DNA from: Basidiobolus meristosporus CBS 931.73
Lineage: Eukaryota > Fungi > Basidiobolomycota
Assembly (NCBI GenBank): GCA_002104905.1
Contig: MCFE01000354.1
Span: forward strand, 1 to 64,000
Length of the DNA stretch: 64,000 bases
Direction of reading: 5' to 3'
The position numbers and the translations under genes are program-made. The notes under the pieces are model-generated. The model was not told the origin of the DNA, made no database searches, and saw nothing but the letters and a program-made list of their open reading frames with translations. Numbering within the stretch: position 1 is the first letter of the stretch; the number at the start of each line of letters is the position of its first letter. Of this stretch, positions 26,101-39,276 are shown in pieces.

Positions 26101-27274
26101 CTCTCAATGGCACAATTCCCTCAGAACACCACCGCTTATCCGCACCAAATCCATCCCCATCAGGCGCAACCGTCGAACTTCAGACCAAACTTCAATCAGA
26201 TTATCCCCCAACACAACCCACCACAGGTTCAACCGGTTCAGAGTAGTCAGATGCAATATGCAAGGCAACAAGGGAGCCAAAGCACTCAGCCTCTTCCTGA
26301 CCAATTGCAGAACGCTTTGCTACAACAGATGCAGCAATACTATTCAAACCAAGCCCAACCACCATCTGCTGAGATGCAACAGAAGCAATTAAGACAGATT
26401 GGGTATCTAATGAATCAGGTGCAAAACAATCCATCTGGTCAGCATCACCAGGATCAGGTAAAGCAACTTTATCAAAATCTGCAGAGATACTTGCAACAGT
26501 ATCCTACCCAGCTGAACCAACACCAGCAAACCCAACTGCAGCAGCTTCAACAACAACTCATAAATCAGATGAGCCAGCTACCTCCGCAAATCCAATCTCC
26601 TCAACAACAACAGCTACTACAGCAGCAACAACAACAACAGCAACAGCTACTACAGCAACAGTTACTGCAACAACGATATCAGCAACAATTACTACAGCAG
26701 CAGCAACAACATATCAAACAGAAACAGCGACAGAAACAACTGTACTACCAACAACAGATGCTTCAACAAGCAAGGAATCCCATAAGCCAAGCACAGTCGG
26801 CTGCTGTTGTTGACTCACAGCCACCCCCGCCTGTGGTTGAAAATCAACCGATAGACCCGCCAGCCAGCTCACCTAGTATCTCAGACGCCTCACTGACCAA
26901 GAGTCCTCCGACTGCATCGACATCCGATTCCGAGGCAGACCAAATCAATTCCAAAATACTGGATACAAAGAAGGAGTTGCTCAAATCGCTGGCTAGGCTC
27001 AATGAATTACGGCGAGAACGTGAAAGCATCCTTGGGAATCAAGCCAAGAATACGAAATCACCATCCCCCGCCGATGGAACGGGCTCCCAAGAGACACCAG
27101 CCTCATCTACGCCATCGAAAACTGGTAAATAATCAGCAATAGCCTGTGTTCAAGTCGGATCCATGCTAATTTTTACGGCATTTAGATCAAGCTGTCAATC
27201 AGACTGATGCAGACGCTGACAAGGATGATGTAAATCAAAGTGGTCACATCACCAAGGAGACATCATCCACATAG
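20141..27274 (+). CDS. CHD/Mi-2(Mit1)-like chromatin remodeller: N-terminal chromodomain(s), PHD-like finger, tandem chromodomains, SNF2 ATPase/helicase, long S/P/Q-rich tail
   Basis: EFEVETILDSR...EYLVKWKDYPENQATWE; CYQC...CNRCTYTTHKEC...WNCHDC; YLVKFKGVSYNHVEW; LADEMGLGKT; VDEGHKLKN; LTGTPLQNN; LLSTRAGGVGLNL; QAISRAHRFGQ. One +1 frame break at 25413. Confidence 0.92.
25197..25770 (+). repeat. Coding tandem repeat, about 4.7 x 120 bp (40 aa; each unit two ~20-aa halves beginning (R)SPQ)
   Basis: Units start at 25197, 25317, 25438, 25558 and 25678 (tctccacagcagaaccagg...). Confidence 0.95.
26520..26770 (+). repeat. CAG/CAA-rich polyglutamine tract in the remodeller tail
   Basis: QQQQLLQQQQQQQQQLLQQQLLQQRYQQQLLQQQQQ in ORF 25363..27132. 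Confidence 0.9.
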
Positions 27275-28318
27275 AAATCACATCATCAGCCTCCTCGCAC
27301 TTGATCCTTACACCTGATTTTCCAATGTCTAAATAAGTTCACAATAGAATAAATCTTAATTGATGAATGAGGAGCATTCATCAATACCCGGACTAGTCGA
27401 TTCAGGAGATGTGAGTCCCGTGATCCTCCAGATGCCCTAGGAACACAGAGGACTAATCTCCGTAACACATTCACTTGCACATCTCACCATGCTGCAGATT
27501 CTGTTCCATGGTGACTAACCATTCAACCTATTTATGGCTAACCTGATGGCACCCACCTGATGGCACCTACCTACGTATGTAACCCTTTTCTGGTACATGC
27601 TGTTCTCTAGGAAGGTTTAGGCTGTGTTCACGTGTGTGATACCTGGCATTGCTTTGAACTGATTGTGCTCCTTCCTAGAGAACAGCACTGCACTCGGGTA
27701 ATGGCTTTACCAAGCCCACCATATATGGGCATGGGAGATAGTGAAGAGAAACATCTCCCGGTCCGGCCTGATTCTCCCACTCTACCATTCGGGTAAAGAG
27801 GAGCGAGGATGAGCTCACTCGGCTTCCAGATTTGAACTTATCGAATTAATAACCGCCTACTCCCATGGCGCAACCAGGATAAGCGGTCACCAAGCACCTT
27901 TGGCACAATGTGGTGGATCCAGGGAGAGCCCGACGAAACGAAACCTAAACCGAAGGGGTAGTGATCAATTGTGTCGGCAGCGCTGGCCAACCTGTTGAGC
28001 ATCTGTTTATTCCATGTGATAGCTGGCCACTCATCCCGGGACCGAGACATCCGAACATATGACAGCGGATGGAGAGAGCAACATGTGGGCGCTGAAGAGA
28101 TTTTATATGGCTCGTTTTCAATACTGTGATCAGTCAAAATGGACATTCTTTACATCATGGGCTTTCATGCCGTCTAATGGTACAAATAAAAAAAGGGCGA
28201 TTCTATTGAAAGAAAGGGGGTGGGGTGGGGTGGCTATCTAACATGCAATAAAGAGAAGCGAGAGTAAACGTTTTGAGGGGCTGAATCTACAGAGCGGGGT
28301 GGTGTTCATGGAAGCGGT

Positions 28319-29239
28319 CTACATGTCTGGTACACTGGCGTCGTCAGACATGCACTCCTCACTTCCGTAGAAATGCTCAAGAACAGGTGACGGGCTCTCC
28401 TCGGGGACGGTCTGATTGATTTCCATATACATACTCCAGAAGTATTTGAAATCCTCATACGACACAAATAAGTCAAACTGTAGGAAACTCAGAAATTCCA
28501 ACTCCATACGGGTAAGCTCAGGGGTGGAGAAAATGGAACTCAGGCGCGCCCAGTGCTCATTGGGGGAAATCAGGGATGAGAGAGGAATTGCCGGTGATGA
28601 GCCGTCACATGAGCCTTGGGCGGATTTCGACAGGGAGCTGATGTGGGCTTGGATATACTTGGATGCGATCATGTATGAGACCAGGAAGAGTCGGAGGCCA
28701 CAGCCGGCCTCGCCCTTGGCCGATGGGTGCATCTTCTTGAGGCGATCCACGTAGATGAGAGACAGGACAAGCGCTACGCATGAGAACGACGGGAATTCGG
28801 TGGACAGAGCGGAGCTGACTACAGGCGCAAGAGATGTTCGTGTGAGGATAGTAGAGATGTATGAGGAAAGCTGGACGGTTCTGGCCGATTGTGGAGAGAC
28901 GCCGCTTTGCACACCCTCCCAATGGGCCTGGATCCGACTAGCAGTCTTGTTGATTACATGGGAGCTCAGTTGCAGTCCGCCGGGAATAGTGGATAGCTTC
29001 TTGAATAGGTCGTTTTGGCTGGATGTGGGGCTTGGAAGGTAGAGGGAAGCGTATGCCTCGGCCACCTGGTTGCGAGAGGAGACAGGTGCACGACGAGTGG
29101 CGAGGGGTTTTTTGTGCTGTTGTGGTTGAGTGGGTCTTGGAGCAAGGACGTTGCGATGATCTGCGGGAATACGGCCAGATAGTCTTTTCAGGTTCATACC
29201 TTGATGGGTATAGGGGCGGTTCTGCTTTGGGCAAACCAT
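28319..29239 (-). CDS. Pho85 (PCL/Pho80-family) cyclin
   Basis: ALVLSLIYVDRLK, LRLFLVSYMIASKY, NEHWARLSSIFSTPELTRMELEFLSFLQFDLFVS cyclin-box pattern; single ORF. Confidence 0.88.
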   Translation of the reverse strand: MVCPKQNRPYTHQGMNLKRLSGRIPADHRNVLAPRPTQPQQHKKPLATRRAPVSSRNQVAEAYASLYLPSPTSSQNDLFKKLSTIPGGLQLSSHVINKTASRIQAHWEGVQSGVSPQSARTVQLSSYISTILTRTSLAPVVSSALSTEFPSFSCVALVLSLIYVDRLKKMHPSAKGEAGCGLRLFLVSYMIASKYIQAHISSLSKSAQGSCDGSSPAIPLSSLISPNEHWARLSSIFSTPELTRMELEFLSFLQFDLFVSYEDFKYFWSMYMEINQTVPEESPSPVLEHFYGSEECMSDDASVPDM

Positions 29240-29999
29240 TCTATGATATTTGGCAAGGGAAGTTTTGGGTTCAGTTGAGAGGCGACGGGGGATATATAAG
29301 TAGCCAGGCAGTCAGAGCGGCGATGTGTGAGTTGATGGAAGAAGTAGGGAAATCAGCGATATGTGTGGGGAAGACTTGGAAAAAAGTTGCGAAAGGAGCG
29401 TGAATAGTCAAGCGTGAACTGTGCAGCGTACAGTTGATCTTTTTAAAATCCGGTCGATTGGATGTGCCAGGTGAGGACTAACCTTGCCTGCCTACGCTCT
29501 TATATACAATTTCCGAAATCGCTGTTTCACTGGATCTTAGCCACCAGTTTGATGTAGAGGGAGCAGTCCAGCCCGTATAAATAACGAATATCAGAAATTC
29601 ACCTGGGTTTAGCCGGTGATTCAATGCAACGTTGGGTGATTCGTCGAATCACCTTTGTAATCAGCCATAAGCGGCGATTAGGGTCACACTAATATTTCTG
29701 CTGATTCGCTCAATCGCTCAGCTTTAATCTCCATTCACTGCCTAAATCTCCATTCAATTCCTTCCTAATTTATCCTAATTGATCAAGCCGCATCGGACTA
29801 TTTGCTCCAAGGTGAAGCAACAACTAAACGTCACTGTGGAGGAGAGGCTGGTCAAGATCCTACTGTAAGCCACACATCCACTACGTGACATTCGGAAGGT
29901 TGCCCCTTTTTCATTCGATTTTTGCTGATCAATTTAACTTGGTCTACCTCATCACTCTCTCATAGCTCCCCTAATTGATGACCCATATCGGTCTGTCAC

Positions 30000-30140
30000 G
30001 TGATGAGGATGTTGTGGATGTGGTGTGATATGGTGTGGACGTGGACGTGGATGTGGATATGGACGTGGACGCGAATGTGGTATGTGGTATGTGGCATGTG
30101 GTATGGGCTGGGGTGGGGTGGTGTAATAGGTGTGGTGTTG
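30000..30140. repeat. Low-complexity GTGGAY/TGTGGTA degenerate short tandem repeat
   Basis: gtggac gtggac gtggat gtggat atggac gtggac ... tgtggta tgtggta tgtggca tgtggta. Confidence 0.8.
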
Positions 30141-31924
30141 TAGGTTTTCTGGGCAGAATCAATACCTAGTCTTGACCACGAAAGTACGTTCCTGAAGACC
30201 CACCAGCCTCTGTTTGAGACATGGAACGTTCATAGAACGGTTGGGAAGGTTCTGGTTTGACACAACCAATCATCCCAAACCAGAAATCGTGGCTGAGTTC
30301 GATATTCTCAATCCCACGTTCGCGACGGATATTCCTGGCGGATATTCGTGGACCAAATAAGGGGATGTGAAGGTGATGTTGGTTGACGTTGAAGTGTGCG
30401 TATTCATCAGATTGGCGCCCATTGTCCATTGATGGGGTATCATCAGGCATTAGCATCAATGTTGACATCCCCCAGACTAGCTATTCGTTGATCAGTCCAT
30501 GCATCACTGCAAACACTGGGCAAGACTTTGTTGACATGGCATTGTGGACTAACCCAATCGTGAATTGAACCCTGTTCAGATCTCCTTTGCCAGGTCCTGA
30601 GTCACCAAACCTGGAGATTTGGTGCTGCCACGCTAATTAGTTCAATCCTTCCACTGCACTTGCCAAATCTGCCACTTTATTCAGGAACCGAAGGTGCCAG
30701 TCTATTGTTGATGTGTGCATGATAAACACACCCCAAACATGTTCCTATTTCAGCCTGCACACTGACCATTCCGGACAATGTGCGTTCCAAGGTTTCAGCA
30801 CCAAACCTGACAATATTTCATGATAGCGTGGCGAGACTGGTGTGAAGTGTATAGGTTGCTGATCTGGTGGTCTTTCTGTGATTGATCCATGCACGCCGGA
30901 TTTCTTACTGGCTGATTGCCGACATCAAATCATTGTCTAGGGGACAGCGGGAACTTGTCAGAATGATGCTGATGCCTGGTAATTCCTGTGAAGAACAGTG
31001 GAATTCCCTCTAGCGCTTCTATGCTGATCATCCGTGCAGGCAACTACGAATGGTTGATCGTTTTAGAATCTCGACCTGGACTTTTGAGTGGGAATCTCAT
31101 CAATGCGACACAATGTTGATCTTAATGATTAGTGATGGTGTAGGCAGGAATCTCCCCTATTTCTGATGGCCATTTATGTACGTTACCACAGTGATTGTGG
31201 TATTCGAGGCTTTCTTGTGGGTGTCCAAAGGTACGAGGGCCTAATCACGGTTACCTAAATGAATGCCTTCCCACCCCTATGCCAAAGAACGCAATCTATC
31301 CATTCCACCACGACCCAGACCCAGACCCAACCTTCCCTTCCCAACGCCAAGTACAGGTTTTGGAAGATGAACAATACCATATAGACATAACCATCGGTCA
31401 TTTGTATTCGGTTAAACCCAAACGTAGAAAAACCTACCCAATGCTCGTCCACCAGGTGCTTTGACACCGCCTTGAGACATTCCCGTAATTTCACACGGCG
31501 CTGTACCATTCTCTTCCGTGCTGATGGGGCTCATACATATCGTAATATACGCACCAATCGTAGAATTATTTAATGAACCATCTGAACCATCGCCTTCCCC
31601 AGGTTACCAAGTCCGAAACTTGGCCCCAGACGCCGAAAAATACTCTAACCTAGATGGACGTGGTCGATCCGGGTTGCTGCTGGCCGTCATCGATTATGTG
31701 ACATGCATTGATTGCTGGAGATTATCGCAGGTTGGGTTATCCACAATTTATATAGGATTGGAATAAAAACACATGAAAGGTTTTACAAGTGAACACATGG
31801 GAGCAAGAATGGCGAGAGTATTACGAAAAATGTAAACTGTGGGGATAAGGAAATGATGGTGAGATAGAATATGTATGTAATTAGTGATGATATGTGCTGG
31901 GATGAAGAGCGGGGTCTAGAGGGG

Positions 31925-34900
31925 TTAGAGTTGGCCTTGGAGGACCAATTCAATGGAATTATTGATGAAATCCCTACGAGGATTCATGTCTACACCAAAG
32001 ACTAACGCTAATTGTTCTCGAACTTGCTTCTTTGTTACAGTCATCAAGTCCGCGGTGGATAGTATGTGTCGGATCTCGCTGAGGATCTCTTGGTCGGTAG
32101 GATAGTAGCCGGCATCGCTGCTAGGTTGGGGTGATGGCATGGCCATGGGCATCTGCTGGCCAGGGTAATCGTAATGCGATTGAAGGGCAGCCGAGTGTCT
32201 GTCAGGTGACATATCATGTCCGTATTGAGAATAGGCTAATGAGCTGCGAGAATCGACGTTTGGTCCATAGCTACTGCGTGTGGACCCATTGAAACCTGGG
32301 CTGAGCATGGCCGCAGGGGAGAGATGCGATGCTGGACGTTGCTCAGGATATCCTTGGCTTTGGTAGTAGCTCGACTGTTTGTCATAATAGTTTCCTGCGC
32401 CCATTTGAGATCCACCATACTGAGACCCGGTAAAAGGTGAAGGTGAACGATATGGGGACCCTTCGTACTGTGAGCCTTCAAATCTACTTCTGGATCTGGA
32501 TCTGGAGGTATGGTCCCTAGAAGCGCTAGAGCCGGCTTCCCAGGCTTCCTGCTCAAATTGGCTCCACTTCTTCATTGGAATGGCCTTGGGATTGAATGGC
32601 TCCTCATTGGAAACCATCTTCTTCTCTCCCTTGTCTCCGACAATCACACGAGTATTACCCCACGAGAAATCGTCGAAATGCCAGAACGCATAAATAGGAA
32701 TGGCAAATGAGAAGAGAGGCATTGCGAGCAGATAAATGATCATCCAACCAACATGTTGCCATTGGCGCTTGAGGATGAAAATAATGGCTTGAAGACCGTA
32801 TACCACACCAAACATAATCAAGGCGACAGTACTCAAACTGCTAGGATCAATAATTGCGGAAACAATCAGGTAGATGAGGTAGACCACGGTGGCTGGCATA
32901 GTGATGGTTCCGAAAAGATCCAGGAATACCACGAAGCGCATGGAGAAACAGCAGAATCCGCAAAGGTCAGAAAGGAAAAACAACTCAAACAAGTTATGCA
33001 CAGTGGAATTGATCCAGCGACGACGTTGGGAGAGCAGAACCGACCATTTCTCTGGTGCCACGGTATAACACAGAGCATCAGGGGTGAACTTCATCTTGTA
33101 TTGTGGGAAATGCTTCAGCATCAGCGTGGTCAGATAACGATCCTCACCAAGCGAGAGCAAGTTCTTCTTGTGCAGTGTATCCACGTTGTTCTCCGAGTAG
33201 TCGTTGATGACCTCGTTGTTGATGATCAGCGGCGATCCCTTGATCGTTCGGATACGGTACATACAGAAACATCCGGGTAAGCAGGTCACACTGCCGAACA
33301 GACTCTCGAATGCCTTGGCAAGGTGATGGGAGATGTAGTACTCGTACACCTGGATCATCGTCGCCCACGAGAACTCCTCGTTGGCAAGTTGCGTTTCTCC
33401 ACACAGTCCAATGATCCTTGCGTCGTGCGTCATGCAGGCAATCAGCCGAGTGAGCGAGTCCGCCTTTACCTCAGTATCCGCATCCACCATCAGAATGTAC
33501 TCGTAGAAGGCCGGGTTGACTCCGATCACATTCTTGATCTGGTGGTAGATCTCCAGGTCCAGAGGGGACATCTCGCTGTCGAAGTGCACCCGGTTCAGGA
33601 AGTTCATCAGAATGATCTGCGAGTCACGCTTGCCTCGATTGCCTGGACGTGAGCGCTCGCTTGGCTTGCCGACCTTGGCCACAACAATGTATGGAACCAC
33701 ATGGCCCTCGAACTCGTACAATCCGGAATACACCTTGGCCATGTTGTGCTGCTGGTTACCTTCGCCTATACTCTGGAAACTGAAAGGCTCAGGGTCGTAA
33801 TCGGGATCCACACCCAAGATATCGCATACGATTCTAGGAGTAGGGCGGTCATTTCCACTACCAATGATCATGCCATCAGCAATGAGGAAGATAAGCTTTC
33901 TCTTGTCATCATACTGCAGTCCGGCCAAAGAGTCAATTGTCTTGCGCAACGAATCCTCACCTTCAGTGTAACAGGGAACTTGACAGATAACGAACTTGTC
34001 CAGATCCTCGGGTCTACGCTTCGAGGTTAGCTGAAGAGCAGCCAGGAATTTGATCACAATGACAGCACATAGCAAGATAGCGAACGCAACCGGAATCCAA
34101 TAGGCAAATTGGCATTTGACACCTTTTCGGGTATCAACCAAACCAGCATAGAACTGATTGTTTAGACAATTCATAGTCTGGGCATAATCCGCCCTATTCG
34201 CCCAGTACTTATTCCATGTTTCGGTGATATCGACCGGTCTGTCAACTGCTGAGAAGATTGCTTTGACGCTTTTATCCATGAATTCGTACTGCGCGTTTTG
34301 GCCAATTGCTGCGATATAGGTATCCAGGTTGTAGACACGTCCGTTGATGACCTTCCATCCCCTGCCAGAATTCTGGGTAATAGTCGATATGTTGTACGCT
34401 ACATCCCCTTTTTGAAGCCGCTTAATGGTGGGCAAAGCAGTGTTGTAAAACCAATATGGATCTATCAAGTCGCCGGGGGATAGATTTTTCTTCCCAATTA
34501 TGTGTTCTGCGGTATATTGATATGAGGGGTACTCGGAGTAGTTATATTTCAATGCGAATCCTGAAGCAAAAGTAAACCCTGCGCACGAAACCTCTATCGG
34601 AATTTGAAAGGAGCTATCGACATTGTTCCCGTTGTCTGCATTAAAATATATTTCCTCGAGGGCGGCTTGGCTGCGACCCTGCGGATTACTATTACTCACG
34701 GCGTGATTGGTTATAAAGTTCGAGACGTCATACACCTTTCCTTTCAGAGTCACAAATATATCGCCAGCACCGGTATGATAACCTACATCATGTGGAGTGT
34801 AGTAGTAGACCCGTGGACAAAGGATAAGCCCCAGGCCAATAATGAAGAACATCAACACCCCCCACATCAGGACGATAAGTATGCACAAAGCCAACTTCTC

Positions 34901-37672
34901 TCTCCAGGCGATTTGAACATCCGGGCGCTTCATACCACACATGGATATCATGAATGTAGGAATCCACCATGTTAGACCCCATGTCATACACATCCAGACA
35001 CGTCTACCTCGAGTTACTGGTCTGTCTTCCTCAACGGGGGCGGGTACTGATTGCATCTCCTGGGCTTTTTGAAGCTCAATATCACCAGCGAATTGGCTTG
35101 CGACCTCCATCTTCGTGCCACGTTCACTGCCATAATTACTGGCCTCGTCTTCGCCATAATGACCATACCCTCCACGGGTTTGATCTGCCTTATGTCTTGA
35201 GTAATCTTCCTCGCTATAGCAACTAACATCATCTTCGAAATAGCCTGATGCAGGATCGGATCCATATTTGGGTGGATTGAGGTAGGGGGCAGAACGTAGA
35301 TTGACCCCGCGACTGTCTTGCTGGTTGAACCAGAAGCCAACGATTCGTCATCCCGAATGCCTCCCTCGGCATTTCGGAATTTCTGAGCCGCTCTGTCCTC
35401 TTTCTCCATCGATCTGAGGCTATCCTCAAGCTCCTTCCATACATGCTCGCTCAGGAAGACTCGGCCTACACTTCCGATGGTCAGGTCATAGTCTTTCCAG
35501 CCGCTGATCATTTTCACTGCTTCAATCTTCTCTCTTGTACCGCGAGTGTTGTCCAAATCGAGCTGCTCGAAGATCACATTGTATCTTTCAAGGAATTCCT
35601 CATAGAGGAAACTGGCAGTGAAATCGGTGCCCAATCGAGTTGCAATGGAGTCTACAAGATAGGTACGCAATTGACCGGAAACTGCTTTAGGATCGAAACG
35701 TCCATTGGCTTGCTGTTCATTTGACTTGAGTAGAATCATGAACCAAGTATGCGTCTCATCGATGGTATCAAAAATATCAGTGAGTGTTGCATTGAGCTGC
35801 TTGAGAACAGAGGAGGTCTTGTGGCTTTTAGCTTCCTTGCTGTCTGGGCTTGGTCGTTTCTTATAGCGTCTACTAGGCTGTCTCATCGGCTTGGTTGGCT
35901 GCTGAGCTGAAACGATAGTTTGCTTGCTGCGGGGATGACTCTCAGTAGATATAGCTGCACTACTAAACAGCTCAGTCACAAAGGCGTTAGTGCTTGGTTG
36001 GCTGCCACGGAAAAGAGCGACAAAATCGGCATCTAAGATATCCCGATTCTTCTCGGTGAATTGGTCAAGACTGTATTGAACAGTCCCAGCGAAATGATTG
36101 ATGCCAAATTCAGGGCCGCTTTGCGAGGTGCGATATGATGAATGACGATTGAATGAGTCGTTGATCTTCAGTACCAACTTCGACGAGTCTTCATCTGTGT
36201 CCTCACTGCATACTTCATCCAAATAGTCTATCATGCCGGGGCGGTCTTTTCCACATAGTAGCTCCATACAACCAGAGTTGTCCATGTACGCTAACTCGGG
36301 AAGAGCAACTCTTTCTTCCCTGAGCTCGGCATTAATGCCAACACCATAATCAAAAATCCGATGGAGCATCATACTATGGACCTTTTCATTGGCGAAATTG
36401 ATGCAGAATTGCTCGAATCCGTTTTCAGCTGCGGTTTGGAAGCCGAATTGGTCCAAAACTCCAATGAAATTGGATGGCTCGTCATGACAAATACGGGTGT
36501 TGATAGCCTCTACTACCCAGGTGAACAGAAGAGAGTAGAGCGCGCGGGCGAGGGAATCTCTCTGCTCTGATGCTGCATTGGCGTTGAGGAACACTGTGCA
36601 GACGTCCTTGCCGATATACTTGGATTTATATATAAGAGCATCCGAAAGAGTGGAAGGAGAGACGCCTAAACCTTCGGCCACCTGCTCGAGAACATCCTCA
36701 TTCTTAACGTAGCAGGTATCCTCCTTGCCGAAATCATCAGCAAACTGAAGGGTTCCGATTTGAAGGATTGTGGCCAAGAGACGGAAGATCTGGACTTGGA
36801 TCTTTGTTTTCAGTCCTAATGCCTTCATGGCACTGCGCAACTCTTGGAATTTAGCCGCGTCACCTGGGGTGGCGCTAATATCGTAAGCAGTATGAGCAAG
36901 ATAGGGGTACTGAACGAGGTCGTGGATCCCGAGGGCGCTTCTCTCATCAGCCGAAGCACCAGCCAAGAGATAATAAAAAGCGTTAAAATTTCTCTCTTGA
37001 GCAGGCGCATTAGTGACTCTGGATTTCTCTAGCAGGTAGCTTAGAGTTTTCGCACCAATCAGCTTGCCGCGAGCATTATACTGCACCTCTTGGAACATGC
37101 CATAACGAGATGCGTTGTTGTTAAGAAGGGTTTTGGCGTTACCGAAAGCCTCTAATATAGTGTGTGCCTGCTGGATTTGGTTGTGTACTTTAACCTCCTT
37201 TCCATGAGAGGCCAGGTGGCATAGCTGACGAATGATACTTCTGTATGCCTCGGTTTTACCGCTCCCGCTCAAACCGCTATAAATCATCGTTGTATTAGAA
37301 CAGAGCAAGTGTGAACCAGCTTGGACTATTGCAGCCTTTAGTTTACCTTAGGATGATGGCTTGGTCAATGCCGCTTCTACGGAGATGCAAATATGCTTGG
37401 GAGGCAAGCTCAAAAGTGTGTGGTGGGAGTGAAGGAGGATTTCCACTGGTGTCTCTATAGCAAGTTTCGGCGTATTGGTGGACCAATGCTTCATTATTTA
37501 CATCTGACTGTCCGAATGGATTGACAAAGACTAGAGCGGAGCTGTTGATTTTTGTATAGTATTCTTGGTATTCGAAACGTTGCTGCAAGACACGTAAAAC
37601 GGTATCATCGGTAATGTTTGTTAGTTGGCTTAGGTCATCACAACCTGCACCGCCCATGTTGCCGGAAGACAT
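31925..37672 (-). CDS. Myosin-motor chitin synthase B (class V), paralogue of 13955..19585; one intron near 37290-37348 and one -1 frame break
   Basis: YTKINSSALVFVNPF, SGLSGSGKTEA, NASRY, GNRGKRDSQ, LGEDRYLT, QRRRW, DEK_C tail PTDQEILSEIRHILSTADLMTVTKKQVRE. Frame break near 35330. Confidence 0.93.
33087..33751. repeat. Arm 2 of the 665-bp inverted repeat inside chitin synthase B
   Basis: Reverse complement of 17783..18447 with 3 mismatches. Confidence 0.95.
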
Positions 37673-39276
37673 TGTCCTTCAAGGGATGCGCTTGGGCGTT
37701 AGGATAGGAATATAGCAGGTATAATGGATAACTTCCGATTCAAATGATAGTAAGTATCACCTCCACTTTCTGGAGGAGAGGTTTGTGGAAAAGTAGTGCA
37801 CCAAGGATATTTCGATGAAAGTCGAAATAAAGGAGGGTGAGGAAGTGGGGAAAGTGCTTCACCTGCAAGATAACAAGTTGGAAGCTGCGATAATTGGTGG
37901 AGGGGGCGAACAAAAGAAACGGAAAGAAAATTTAATCAATGACGGGTACCTAGAGAACTAGGGTCAAAGAACAAGAGAACAAAAAAGCAAAATATATCTG
38001 AGCCCTCAGCCCACGAATAAATATCAAACACAGTGAAAAGATGGAGAGCAATTTAGTTTAGGAAGCACAAATGCTCCAAAACAACATGAAAAATATACTT
38101 TTGAATTGTTGGTATTCTCTGTACCAGTGTACTTCCTTATATGGCGATTTCCAAATCAGATCGGGGTGCATTACCGAATTTAGCAACGGCATATATTGCT
38201 AACGATTGGGATCCAACCTCATTAATTGGATGCTGGTGAGGGTCGCCGGATAATGATGCGGATAATGGTGAATACGACTGCCTACCCTCCAGCCTTATCT
38301 CAGAAGCTTAGAAATATCGAGAATCGAAATGAATGATTCATCAGTGAGTGATATTGCTGTGTAACTTTGACTGGATTATCCAGCTTAAATGGAAGCGGCA
38401 GGCCAATCACCATGGTTGCTTAGATTAAATATAGAGTTTGAGTCGTCATCCCGTTAATTAAAGTATGGGTAGAGTAGGCTTTGGCCGGTGTTTCTATTGT
38501 TTGTCAGTCTCATAATAGCCCCCAAATCACCAACTTCCCGCAATTTAATTTGTCTTCAATTATAAAACCCTCACAACAGCTCACATTAATGGTAATGAGC
38601 ACCAGAATGTCCCACTCAGATGCCCAATAGAATTCTGGGCGCCCCTACGTAACGTTAATTAGTGTAATCATTCGTGACAAAGCTGGCGCATAAAATGGCT
38701 GGGGTGTCCGTTTTGTCAAATCGTTTTTTCGACAGCATAGCGCTTTTCCTGTATAATAGAATAGCTTCCTATATCTTTTCCGACATATGTATGATTGGAT
38801 CAAAGGTTATTTTTAGGAAGGCGTACACTTATATGCCCCATGGTATAGGTTCATATATATAGAGTCGAGGCTGGATAGGTCACCTCATTCACCTGCTATA
38901 AAATGACTGTAACACATGGAGCAGATGGCCGAAAATGCTGCTTAATCAAATAGTTAACGATGGATTGCATAAGATTACGCTTAGAGTCCTGAAGTTTGGC
39001 CCATTTGTTTGGGACGCGAACGACTTGTAACAATGGTCAAGGGAGTGCCTACAACAAAACGGATACTGCAATTGTCGAGAATGCGTTTCGTATTCGTGAT
39101 GGCCTACGCCAATCAATGAGGTGGCTTTGGCGTCATCATATGATCGAATTCCAAAAATAAGCTTAACTTACATGGTCACTTTTTTCCGCATTTGGTGCTT
39201 AACTTTTGGATAGAAATGTTGCGGTGGTTGAGGGTAAAATCATAAACAAAGGGAAATATGCCTTCTGAAACTCTGA

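Noticed and set aside
27541-27575. Short direct repeat acctgatggcacc x2
   Set aside because: Only two short copies with no associated feature.
31195-31766. ORFs 31195..31464 and 31518..31766 on the plus strand
   Set aside because: No domain or TE motif recognised and no splice support.
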